Source: Psilocybe cubensis
Taxonomy: Eukaryota
Reading direction: 5' to 3'
DNA: 64,000 nucleotides
Assembly: GCA_017499595.2 (NCBI GenBank)
Contig: CM039005.1
Span: forward strand, 1,674,001 to 1,738,000
The stretch's first letter is position 1, and the number at the start of each line of letters is the position of its first letter. Both the position numbers and the translations under genes were made by a program. The notes under the pieces are model-generated. The model was not told the DNA's origin and ran no database searches. It was given only the letters and a program-made list of their open reading frames with translations. This document shows positions 1 through 12,117 of the stretch, piece after piece.

Positions 1-312
1 GTCGAGGAATAATCAAGCATGCAGCTTCAGAAACGATGAACTACTGACATAGCCTATGGAGCTCCGGCCTCCCCGATCATTCCCACCGATGTTAGTTAGA
101 GGTACGAATGTCAGGTTGGGATAGCAATACATGACGATTACTGAGGATCTGTATCATCTACCCGAATGGCCTACAGCTTTAGTTGAATGCCTGTCAAGGG
201 TCGACCGGGATGTATCTAACCAAACGTAAATTCTGGTAGACGAGTTCTATAAAACGAGGCTATATGACAGAATCCAGAACTTGATATGAAATAGGAGGCT
301 TACAACTACATC

Positions 313-1954
313 TTACATGTAAGGTGCTACAAAGTCCACTACACGGATTGTATCAATCGGTGAAGCATAGCACATACGTCCAGAGACTGGACATAACGTC
401 ATCAAGAAGCGATCGACAGGTGACGTTTCGTGCCAGCCCATTGAATGCTGTAGGGGACGCCTAGGTGCAGAAGAAATTTTGGACCACTGAAACGGGGTGG
501 CCACTATGTTGACCCCCCGATCAGAACTCCAATACATGAAGGTATGTTCATTTGAGATTCGGTATTCCTCAAGATAGCCATCGTCGGAAGGTAGTTTGAA
601 TTCTCCCACTTCATGCACACAGATCTGCTGCTCCCCTTTAGCAAGCATATTTGTAGCTGAAGGTAAATCCAGTCGATAGCGGGAGACCTCCACGCTCTCC
701 TCGCTGAAAGAGAAAATGATGTCGATTTCAAAAGGTTGGTTAAACCCGTTATACCATTCGTCGAGAATCTCGACGTTGTACCCAGAACTAGGTACACCAT
801 GACGCAGATCAAGCGATAACCTTTTGAGGGGTTCCAAATCTTGAATGACCTCCGCTTCGACGCTTCCACAAGGATGTAACTGTGGGATGGCCCAAACGAA
901 TATAGAATTGCTGTTGCATAGGACAACAAATTCATCCCTAAGAGTAACCTCAATTGAGCTGTCAGGATTACTTGTATAAAATTACAGTAGAATATGGACA
1001 CGGACCCTATCAAAGTTTCCAGATAGAGGGACAGTCCATGAAGCTTTGGTATCCGACACGAAATCCCACACACAGATACTATTGTTGACAATCATGGCTA
1101 ATTTATTGGCGGATAATGAGTAAGGCTGGTGGTTGCGGTCATCAAGTATAATTGTATGTGTCGCAATTTTGTGAAAAGAAGAATTAGGATGTGTTGGAAA
1201 TATTTCATAGATTACAATACTTCGATTCCTGTTGGACTTGAGCATCGGCAGACGAAGGAAGACACTGCGATTCCTATGAATATAACACCCACCATCGATT
1301 GTCAATGTGCCAGGCATCTGAGTAAGATAGGAAAAGGATGCCCTGGTTATCAGGTGTCAGATGACAGGGATGAGGCCCTCCAAAAGGTGCCTCGTCGAGA
1401 ATTGCTATGGGGTAACACTGGGATAAATCTTTATACATCCCAGGGGTCCCAAGGTCCCAAAGCATTACGGTTGGCACATTGATACTGACCCTGTGCTCTG
1501 ATAACAAGAACCGACCTCCCGGAATGAGATATAGCTGAGTCACTTCTTCTAAATCAGGCACACGTTGGTGCAAATTCCAAAGATCGATACAATGACGGCC
1601 AAAGGTCTTCAATGGCCCTCCAGAACCATGACTTCTAAGGAGATTGTTGAGAAACGTTGAAGGGGATGCAGTGGCATGCTCGAAATCCTTCAGGTGCATA
1701 GTATCCACTGAGTAGGTTGTTGGTAGAACAGTGTTCTCAAGGCACATAGCTCGAAATCTATCTTTCCATAGAGACAGACACATAGAGGCAGCGTAGAAAG
1801 AAGAGCAAACCTAGATCAGCCCATCAGTAATACAGCAACCATCATGTTAAAGAGTTCGACTTGCCGGTCGGAACCCTATTATTATATCTTGTGGGGGCAA
1901 GAAGGCTAGGATTTCCAATAAAACATCCAATGGAAAATGCGACATTCGTCGCAT
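313..1954 (-). CDS. F-box domain protein (Agaricomycete-expanded family), multi-exon
   Basis: ATG at 1954 gives MRRMSHFPLDVLLEILAFLPPQDIIIGFR, then (GC-AG intron) VCSSFYAASMCLSLWK, an F-box signature. Later exons contain LYLIPGGRFLL...LWDLG and end LCPVSGRMC...VVDF. Paralog of 28973-30728. Confidence 0.8.
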
Positions 1955-2503
1955 TGTGTTAGTATATCGAAACTCCAACAAGTCGGTATCTATCCTGCCA
2001 GACACACCCAACCTCTGAGTAAAAAATGTAGATGGTAGAGACTCTTCAAGAATTGGTCACAATACGGCAATAGTTCGGCTGTGGTTGAGTGGGTTTACCG
2101 TTTTGAAAAGTTCAATTATTTTTGAAACTGAGTTGCTGTAGACGCTCTGTATCCTCAAGCAATGTCGACGATAAAACTCCGCGAAAGATGTATGTAGTAG
2201 CGGCAAGAAGAGTGAAAACACGGACAATAATCGGAGTTCAAAAATTCTTGAAAGAAATTAAGTCACGTGCGGTCGCGCCGGCACGCCCCTATTCATATTC
2301 AACCCCTATTTCCATTTGGCCAAATCGCAATAAAAATTTGAACTTTAATCTTAACCAATATTATTATAGCAAAGATATATTATAGCAGGATATTAGGAGG
2401 AACTCCGATGACAGTGCTTTCTATGCGATGTTGATACCCGAATACTAGGTAAAAATAAATATAACCCACTCGTTGAAGCCGCATGGCTACTATCCAGCGC
2501 AAA

Positions 2504-3730
2504 CTAAACCGCCACCCGAACCTCGCTTGTTGTATTCTTTGTCTTCTCTTGGAGGGGTATCTCATCATGAGCATCTCCAGATAACCCAGATTTTTTATTT
2601 CTCTCATGTTCCCTCTTCGCCTGTTGTGTCTTCCACTTTTCCACTTGGGCCGGTGTCATGTCTCTCCATCTGAAATCACCCCACATTCCTGTGCCAAGCA
2701 ACTTTCGGATGTTGGGAATTAGTAGTGTGGTGATGGCTACCCACTCAGGAAGGACATGGAAAATATAAAATGTAGCTTTAGCCGCACTGTCATTCAACGG
2801 GTTTGGATCAGAAAGAGAAGTCGTTTTAAAATGCATTATCGATAGACGATAAACAGCGACCACCGCCTAGATTGTGATGTGAGAGACATTCCATACATAA
2901 ATTGAATAGCAAGAACTTACCATCAAACCGGACACGGAAAACACGACCCCGGTTGCGCGCTTGCTGTTTTTTGGAAACCTCTTCAAGCTCCACACAGCAG
3001 TGAACATAATCAAAAGACACAACCCAAGGGTGACCCCTGAGCTCACAAATCTATGATTTTATAGTCAGTCATGTCTAATTCCTAGTAGTTCTGTTTGAAT
3101 AATCAACATACCGAAGAGATGCTGTCCTGTTAGCGGTATCTTGGTTGTGAAAGCCTTTACGATAAACTGAGTTGGCAATGATGCCAGGGACTAAGGCAGC
3201 AAAAAAGGCCAATGACATATATCCCATCAAGGCACGTAAGAGCCCCCGTAGCTTTGGCTCATCTGGTACTCCAGGAGGTGGAGGAGAGTAGATCCCTCCC
3301 TTTGTCATAGCTGCTGGAGATTGGAAGTACGTGTCGGACCCGTATGTTGGGTTCACAAGCATACACCGAAGTAAGTTAACCAGGTCTTGAGCTATTCCCA
3401 GATAGCCCATTCCAAAGCTGACTTGCATGTAAGTTGCGAGTCCAGGCGAAAGGCGCCTGTGGTCATTGCGGGACTGAGATGCTCGTAATGCAAATATAAC
3501 AACTCTAAAATTGTATTAGTTTCAAGTATCCAACCACGTTATATCCCTTAAACATGCCTTTCGATGGAGAATGTCACGGTTTGCATCAAAAGAATGGTTC
3601 GTGACCTTCTATCAAACATGCGATAGAGCATCAGAGGTACAAGAGCAGCATAGAGCACGGCAAATAAGATCGACGGCGCGAAGTCGTCCGCATAGGCTGT
3701 TCCACCCACGGGCGCTGGAAAGTTTACCAT
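2504..3730 (-). CDS. Multi-pass membrane protein, distant RTA1-like
   Basis: Exons 3548-3730, 3075-3470 and 2504-2990 encode several hydrophobic helices (DFAPSILFAVLYAAL; FYIFHVLPEWVAI resembles the RTA1 C-terminal helix). Confidence 0.6.
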
Positions 3731-3829
3731 CGAGTGTTGGCAACTCTAAGTTGGGGATGTGAAAACTCGCCGTCCGCCTGAGCTTCACAAGAGAGTGTGG
3801 TGGAGGTTTTTGGGGGGGTGAAGTTTACC

Positions 3830-3848
3830 TATATATATATATATATAT
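3830..3848. repeat. (TA)n microsatellite about 100 bp upstream of the RTA1-like gene
   Basis: tatatatatatatatatat run seen directly. Confidence 0.9.
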
Positions 3849-6020
3849 CGAGTCTGATTGGCGGTGCAAATCCTATTAGATGTGTATCTGTGTAGCGGCT
3901 CGATAAAGTCTGACTCCGACGCAGCAGTGGGATTGTTTCTTCCACACAAAAAGGGCTGGCCAAAATAAGGATGTACTATCGCAGTTGAAAGTTTCATAGG
4001 TCCCATGACTTCCGCAATGATATATTATCTCGTCTGGCATTTGCTTGACGAAGTCAAAAAGTTCATTTGACCAGTGCTATGTGCCGAAGGTGAAGTTATT
4101 TTATTGACACAGCCTACTACCAGATGCTTGTCACCTTAGTTCCAGCTGGTTGAAACGTTTTACCCTTCAGAGCGAGATTGTCGGGATTTGTGATTCTAAG
4201 TCTGACGATATGCCAATATGGTTTTGTAAAGTGTAAATAAGCAACAGAAAACATGTAAACAGGTAGTAATTGGGCGGATCTTGCCGACTCGTCACGCAAT
4301 TCAAACGCATGCCTTGTATCGAGCACACGTTCTATCTCACTGGCACTTCGGTGGCTTGTTAATAGTAATACTTAATAGGATTCACAACTAGTAGTATTTA
4401 CTCGTAAGGTTCTAACTGTAGCCTGGTAGGTATGGCAACGCTGTCTAAACTGCGATTGTCAGGCAGCACTGCATTGCGGAAAGTCTGTTATATTTAACAA
4501 CATGTCAAAGTAAACCAGAAAAAGACACAAACGACATTAGAAAACATGAAGAAATTTGTGAATATTGAGCGGTGTGCATCCGAAGGAAGCCTCATGGCCT
4601 GAGATAACCACCGATATCATGGACAGGCAGCATATGTAGATTTCGCCGAAATTATACAGGACAATTAGTTTGTTATGGCCATGGTCTTTTTACGCGTCTA
4701 GAGTATCTTTGTCATTTACGTTGTCAAAGATGTGCGCATATGCGCCATGGTTCTGATAGGGCGAGCATAACCGCGCTCTTCCAGAATATAGCATAAAAAT
4801 GACAGGCCCATAATTTCCTTCTCATCGTCACTCACCTGCAATTATTATCCTGTCACCACAAAGTTTGTTTCGTCAAGGAAGAATAATGACAGGTGTTGCA
4901 AATACTCATCTATACGTGTGGCTTTGTTCATATAAATACATAAAATTTTTCTGGATGCAAATTGAAAGAACCAAAGCACGCATTCAAATCACTCGCCTTA
5001 GCGACTCGGCCATCACAGCATCGACAGCATTAACCTCAGCTACGCTTGCCTGTTAGAAAACGTTGTAATGTGAAAGTATATAATGACGCACCCCGTAAAT
5101 TCATACAATATTCAGAAGCCAGAGCAGCCCGGTATATGGAGAAGTGGATGGTGTTGCACGCCTTAAAATCCCTGGAACGTGTGGTTAAGTTTGAAAAGAC
5201 ATGATTTTACCGGAATAATGCTTCAAGTTGTAATCAGAGACAATTGAATCCAGCTTTGGGAGGATCCATAAGGACCAGTCATAAGATAATGAAAATGAAC
5301 TGCAAAAGTTGAAGTAGAACTTCAGCTTGATGCATATGGCCGATAGAAGAGAGTGATGATCATGTATATTTACTTCTACTATTTATTTCAATCTCCGTTT
5401 CAATTGGGTTCTACTTGGGAAGTTGAACTTGGAAGTGATAGTTTAGTAGTATCCGAATGGCATTCACAAGGCACTCAAGAGTAGGATATGATTTATGTTA
5501 TTTTTTTTTGAAAAGTCCTTCTTATTGCACAAGAAGAAACTAATATAACACTTCAAGATTTATCCCAAGCTTGAGCTTGAATGCGCACCGTGACGAATAA
5601 ACTAGCAGCCACAACCGCTTTGCTACTACTTAGCTATCGATCCTTGTCATCAGAATAAAAAATATTCCATGACCTTTGTGTAGGCCTCCATCCACTCGGT
5701 ATCGTAGCCAGGGTCTGCCTATGATACCATGAAGCGGGCTTATACCGTACCTAGAATGTTAAGAGCACCATCGAATTGAAAGGTTATTCATCTGCTCGAG
5801 TTCAGTGTTTACCGAAAGTACACAGTAGTCAGCATGCGATACTGCCAGCTCCGGAGAAAATACCACATATCATTACTGCGAAAATAGAAGTTAAATCAAC
5901 AATAAAAGTCGTAGCTGTTATAACATATCCAATTTTAACATGAAATAAAGGACGATGGAATATGATATATAGTGTGCATCGCCGATAGAAAAACATAACT
6001 ACATACGTACATCACAACCA

Positions 6021-6941
6021 CTAGGCGTCCTCATCCTCAACTTCTTCAATGCGGGCACTACGCGATTGAGGCCGAGAATCTTCCGACTCAGGGACTTCTT
6101 CGATAAACGCGCCGCCGTTGCTTTTGTGCTTCTCAGCTGATGACTTCCCTTTCTCTTTTTTGTCAGATTTTTTCTTCTTGGACTTTTTCTTTGGAAGATC
6201 CCACTCCCACAACGGAATAAATGATTCAACCTATTATTCAAAGATTAGTCGCATAACTGATATTGAAGCATGGCGTAACTCACAAATCCGACGTCAGCGA
6301 ATAGTTGAGGGAATATCCAAATTCCAGGGCTTGCGACAATGAGTGTGATGACGTAGAATATCAAGCGGACAATTGCAATGACAAAGAATAGACCAATGAG
6401 GCCGAGCATTCCGATACTGAGATACCATACTCCCAAACGCATAATGGGTGGCCACAGCGGAAACATAACACCGCCAAGCATAAGAGCCACCATGAGGATT
6501 CCTCCCGCATATGTCGTCCATTGCGAGCCCTCGTAGAACCATGCGTAGTATTCGTCTGGCGAGAACATTTGCTCGGGTATTATTTGCAGAGCCTTTGGTG
6601 ACGAGGAAGTGGATCCAGTTGGGCCACCACGTTGAACACGCAAGAAGAAGGCGAAGGCATTTACGGCCTGAAGTATGGTCTGCGCTTCAGCTTCTGATGT
6701 AATTTTTTGGGCTCCTTTCAGTTTGGCGTAGGCGGGCGAGAGTAGAGCTTTGATAGCAGACTTTCCTAATATTTTGTTTAGGTATGGCCACATTAATTAC
6801 ATCAAAGTCAGACGCACCCTTGAAGTAATCCAAACGCTTCCCATTCAAGGCCCCTACGCGAATTTTCATGCCCGCATTACTCCCTCGCAAGAATTGGGCA
6901 ATCTTTTTGATCTCAGGTGGTGCTTTCGCTTGTTGTTCCAT
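6021..6941 (-). CDS. SEC62: ER translocation protein Sec62 (3 exons)
   Basis: MKIRVGALNGKRLDYFKG, YYAWFYEG, FPLWP...LGVWYLS, PGIWIFPQLFADVGF, Lys-rich C-terminal tail: typical Sec62 motifs. Confidence 0.95.
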
Positions 6942-7156
6942 GGCTGTCGAATCACGTCGCTGGTGCTCCGACTCGTCAAACAAAGGATTGTATATATACC
7001 CTTCATGATATGATGAGATGAGTTTCGAAGAAAACAATTGCAGTGCTTACTATGGGTAGAAAACCAAACTTCAGAACGGGAAGGAGTAAGTGATAGTACA
7101 AGGGAAAGCTGAATGTTAGGTTTATGCGGTGTGCTGGCGATTTGGAATATACAGGA

Positions 7157-7179
7157 CACGTCACGACTTCGTTGACGTG
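7157..7179. promoter_or_regulatory. Inverted pair of TGACGTG elements (UPRE/bZIP-like) upstream of SEC62
   Basis: CACGTCA at 7157-7163 and TGACGTG at 7173-7179, about 220 bp upstream of the SEC62 ATG. Confidence 0.45.
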
Positions 7180-7548
7180 ACTAAAGCGCACAGCCACTTA
7201 ATAGGATTTTAATCGGAGTTTATAAGAATCTGACTAGAAAGGATCTAATATCTAAGTCCGATCGAAGCAGCTCTTTGAAAGATACTAAAGCTTGTGACTA
7301 GTTGGAACTTTAGGGTAAATTCTAAGCCACCTACTTACTTGGTTCTCTTCTTGAGGTAGGATTGAGCCAGTAAGTAATCAATCCACAGCGTGTTGACTGT
7401 TTGGCATTAGTAGTACCCCGTCAGTATCCGCCAGTGAAAGATCATGGAATAATAATGTATTATAGAATCGACAAATAGCATGTACGTATAGCAATTGTAC
7501 AAATGAGCGCGTCGGCGATTTTTAGCAATGACCATTCTTCTCTTTAAC

Positions 7549-8387
7549 TCAAGGAAAAGACAGAATGTAAGGCTTGAAGGTATCTTCCCAAGTGCAGAAA
7601 GGAATTCCGTTAGTTTTTCCATCTTGACCTCCGCCGCATGCTACAGTCAATAGCAGTCGGAATTGATTTAACAAGGACCGAAGCTCAGATTTAGTTTGAT
7701 CGCTGCGTTTCTCCTTTGAATTATCGTTAGATCTGGAATCTAGACTGCCAGAGCCAGTAGCAACGATGCTGTCGGTCCGACGCATAAATCGAAGGAGTCG
7801 CCTCTGCTTGTTGGACCCAGAACGCGATGCCTCCACTGCAGCAAGTACAGTATTTTCAACCTTTTTATAAGCATCAGAACCTGGGGCAACTATATCATTA
7901 AACAAGTCGATGTTGGCGTCGAACGCCAGATAGCGCAGTTTGCTGTAGAAGTGAACCATTGATCCCGGAGTCCCGCAGACAACGTCGCAATCCGGCTTGG
8001 GGCAACCCGGAGGGTCGATGCCTGTATCTGGGTCCTCGCATTTTCCATGGAAGTAGTCCTTGAAAATGGCGGTTTCCATATAGTCGTATGCTCGCCGATT
8101 GTATTCGGCGATGACGGGATTAAGATAGGATAAAGGCGCTACGGGAGAGTTCTTATTCTGGATGACGTTTGAGACAATGGAATCGGCCTAGAACCATGAG
8201 TTAGACCTAATAGATATGCTTGAATAGGTTTTCTTACAAGATTTACAAGGGCGATGTTCATTGGACGCGTATAATTTCCGAGAAACGCGTTGGTGATGCC
8301 GACGATACAGTCACCTTCGCATGCATATACGCGGTTTAGCAACCCGTGTAAAAGGATCATAGAAACCATGGATAAAAGCTTGGACAT
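7549..8387 (-). CDS. Secreted Cys-containing hypothetical protein (2 exons)
   Basis: Signal peptide MSKLLSMVSMILLHGLLNRVYA followed by CEGDCIVGITNAF; GCPKPDCDVVCGTPGS; dibasic RR/KR sites. Confidence 0.75.
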
Positions 8388-8981
8388 GGTAAGAGAGTGA
8401 CAATCAAAGGAATGGACAAGGCGAGATATTATACAAAGATTGGGTAGGTTAAAGAAAAGAGAAATAGATGATGAAGCTTGAAGTCGGTCTTGTGTATAAA
8501 TACTTGCCGAGCACCTGATGCCGTCTGGGATTCAATATTATTCGGCCCGTTGGGGACTCACGGACTTGGCGGTTGTTGGCTATGGAGCGGAGCGATGATA
8601 GCGACAATTTACGATACCTTTGATCTTTACGATGGTCACGACTGCCCGAGATGGATTTTTAAATGTAGCTTAGGAGAGAATTAGGATTATGAATTGATCT
8701 TATGGGCGCTTATCACGGGTGTATAATCCAATGCTACGATTGATTAGATAGTGTTACTAACAGCTATTCTTTGATCAAGTAGGAAAACGATTGAAATCAG
8801 AATTGAAGAACAGAATTAGGAAACACTCTGTTTCTCGTCAACCTTGACCTTTTCATCGGCTCCAATTCATAAGTTCATATTCCTAGAAGTGTTGACAATA
8901 AGAACCGCAATATATTGGGGTGGAGGGACATCAGATGTACTCGAAGAAGTTACTTACGTTTTAAGCTATAAGATCGCCACA

Positions 8982-9869
8982 CTATATACTATATCCGCGC
9001 TGGATCATAAGTATATCTAAAAGCAGCAATGAGATAAATCGATGATATATAGAAGCACAATTACTCTTGTAAGAGTCTTCATATCTTGTCGTTTGCCACC
9101 ATTCCAAGTCGCATTCCTCAATGGAATCACCAGGTTTGAAGCATGACACCTCAAACGTCAATACTTCTCCCAAACCACAATCAAAAGGTTGGATCCAGTT
9201 GATGGCGGTACCATGAACTGCTGCGAGATATCCGATGTTCGTCAATCGTGCGGGAAGTTCTGCTTGACTGAGCGTGGTGATATCCAGCGAGGGGAACTGT
9301 TCCACCTGGTGTATCGATATGTAGAAGGAATAAGCTTGTGTCGATAACCTTGAAGGTATTGCATCTGGGGTGAGCCGAAGCATCAGTTCACACTGATGTA
9401 TACCAGGGCCTACTGCTTCAAACTGCAGAATTATCGAGGACTTTTTCGTTTGATGTGCAAACCTCAATCATTTGTACCAAACGGTGACGTCAAAGCAACT
9501 CACTGTTTGGCTGACACGAAGCATTCCTCCTGATACTAATGCTTCGTTTAAAACATACCGACCAGTAGTCAGGTCTGTTTGAATGAGAGCAATTGGATAG
9601 GTGATGACTCCTTTCGACAAAGTTACGCGTTCTGGAGCAGTTTCATCGCCACGGTCAGAAGAGACAACTGGCCGATGGAGGATTTGATATTGCTCCCTGG
9701 TGACTGAGAAAATTGGTTCCAGGAGAGATGGTGCTAGCTCGGGAAGTTGCAAGGCGATCAAACAGTTCACCACCGTGCAGATGATACAGATCGAAACTGC
9801 CCAAGTGGCTAAGATCGTTGTTCGAGATTGTTTTTGCTGTAGCTCCCCAACATCGTCACTGTATACCAT
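8982..9869 (-). CDS. Single-TM hypothetical protein, But2-C-terminal-like
   Basis: N-terminal TM (ILATWAVSICIICTVVNCLIAL), then SIILQFEAVGPGIHQCELMLRL...FDC...LTFEVSC...LEWWQ, resembling the basidiomycete But2-like family. Start and end are approximate. Confidence 0.5.
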
Positions 9870-10679
9870 GCGCCCATCCTCGTCGATGTATAGGTCACAT
9901 ATAATGATGGCCTTTTCGCAATCCAGTGGTAGCTGCATAGTAGCGATGACGGAGTAAACAAAGATGGGTAATTGAAGTTAAATCACCATGTTCATCCTTG
10001 CGTACGCGGCCTATGACGCTTCTGCGTATAAATTTAGTGCAAGAAGAACTTGAACCACATTGAGTTCTGAGAAAGTAATTTCGACCGGTCAGTAGTTCCA
10101 CATCGAATCAAATTTTTACTTAGAGAAGATCGAAGGTTTCAAAATAGGGGTAAGCACTATGACCTTGGGGATCTGTCTGCAAACTGGGCGGCGAGAGATG
10201 CAATGCAGAGGATGAAGAAAATTGATATTCACACACATACGGACTGCCGCTATCTGGGGGCACAGCCACCAGTTCACCTTCGGCAGGCGCCGGCTAAATT
10301 GTTCTGCCTGCCCTCCCAGGTCAAATGGCACTTTCTCTACTTCAACCATCAACATATAAGATCAGCTAGATTTCCACCTTTGACCATCACCCGGCTATGT
10401 GAATGGAGTTGATTTTTCTTAAATTCAATCCATAGCTCTGCCCCTACAAAAATCCTGTTTATGGGAGATTGATCGCGTTCGAAGGACGGATGTGGGGGCT
10501 ATCTCACTTCTCAGGATCACGAATACAGTCAACTGGCCAAAGCACAATCTCTTTGTCAGATAATAGTCAACCCGGATCCGATAATGATACAAGTAGCATC
10601 GAATCGATATGCTTAGCGGAGCTGTCTGTTCTTTCCTCACTACATTGCTTACCACCCTCATATTCTTCCTGTTCAAAAT

Positions 10680-11870
10680 ATGTCTGTCGAGTCAACTGGT
10701 ACAGTCGACTTCAAGGTCGGCACTGACACATATCAAACGTGGTACAAGATCGTGGGTGACATCAAGGCCAGCAAGCACCGCCCACTTGTTATTGTGCACG
10801 GTGGACCAGGGATGACCCACCACTACATGCTGTCCGTATTCTATCCATATCATCATGAGAAAAGCGTACCTCTGACAATGCATCTTCAGACCACATGAGA
10901 CCATTTTTGCCAAAACTGGGTGATGATCTTCTCGAGTGCCTGATGCATACAGTCACTGAAGGCGGCCGTCTTTGATCTCAGTATACCAGTCATTTTCTAT
11001 GATCAGATTGGAAACGGTTCTTCTTCAATCTGCAAGGATGCGCCTCCGGAGTTCTGGACACCCGAATTGTTCATGGACGAGCTTGACAACATCCTTCAAG
11101 CTCTCGGAGTAGAGAATGATTTTGATCTTCTAGGACAATCATGGGGAGGCAAGTCGAACTGATTCTTTACATGGCTACCAACTAACAGCCTGGTTTCAGG
11201 AATGTTGGTCGCGCAATATGCTGCCACTCGGCTTCCCAAAGGTCTGAAACGTCTGATCATCGCCAATGCTCCGGCATCGATGGAGCTGGCTTCTATTGGT
11301 ACAGACCAGTTGCTTGAGAGATTTCCACCCGAGTTTCAGAAGAGTGTGCGCAAGCATGAATCAGAAGGCACCCAGGAGTCTGAGGAGTATCAAGCACTTG
11401 TGTCCGAGTTTTATAATAAGCACGTCTGTACCATTGATCCCTGGCCAAAAGATGTCAATACGACTTTCGAATTGCTTATGACCAATCCCGGGGTTTATCA
11501 GGCAATGTGAGTCTTTTTTCTGCGGAAGATACTACAGAATTTAACGCGTTTATAGGGTTGGGCCTTCCGAATTCAATGTCATCGGATCACTAAAGGACTG
11601 GTCCATCGTCGACGTTATCCACAAAATCGCCGTTCCTACTCTCCTGATCTCTGCTCCTCTGGATGAGATCCAAGAGATTTCGGTTTTGCCGTTCTTCGAG
11701 AAGATACCCAAAATAAAATGGGTCGAGCTTCAAAACAGCACACATCTTGGCATGTATGAGGAACCAGAAAGGTAAGCACTATTGCCACTGGGTATTTGAA
11801 TGTATACGATAGTTCTTCGTCACAGGTACTTCGAAGTTGTTTTGAGTTTCTTGAACAATACCCTAGTCTA
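10680..11870 (+). CDS. Proline iminopeptidase / proline-specific peptidase (alpha/beta hydrolase, S33), multi-exon
   Basis: YQTWYKIVGD...HGGPG, FYDQIGNG, nucleophile motif GQSWGGM, GPSEFNVIGSLKDWS, catalytic His in NSTHLGMYEEPERY. Confidence 0.93.
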
Positions 11871-12117
11871 GTGCCAATGTTCAAATGTTCAGTTCTTACT
11901 ACATGGTCAAATCTTTTATCAGCTTTACCACAAACCATCGAGAAAGTCTATTCCAATCAGAACTTTAAATACACATATGATAGTCATACAGGAAGAAACA
12001 CCGCCAAATGTAAGATCAGACAAGGATATGTAATACGACTAGAGGAAAAAGAGCTGTGGTGGACAAGCCACGTTGCATAAGGTAGTAGGAGCCCAAACCA
12101 AAAGAAAATTAGGGAAG

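Noticed and set aside
3850-6000. Long AT-rich gap with exon-like fragments around 4660-5200
   Set aside because: No coherent reading frame, recognisable domain or terminal repeats; cannot support a gene or transposon.
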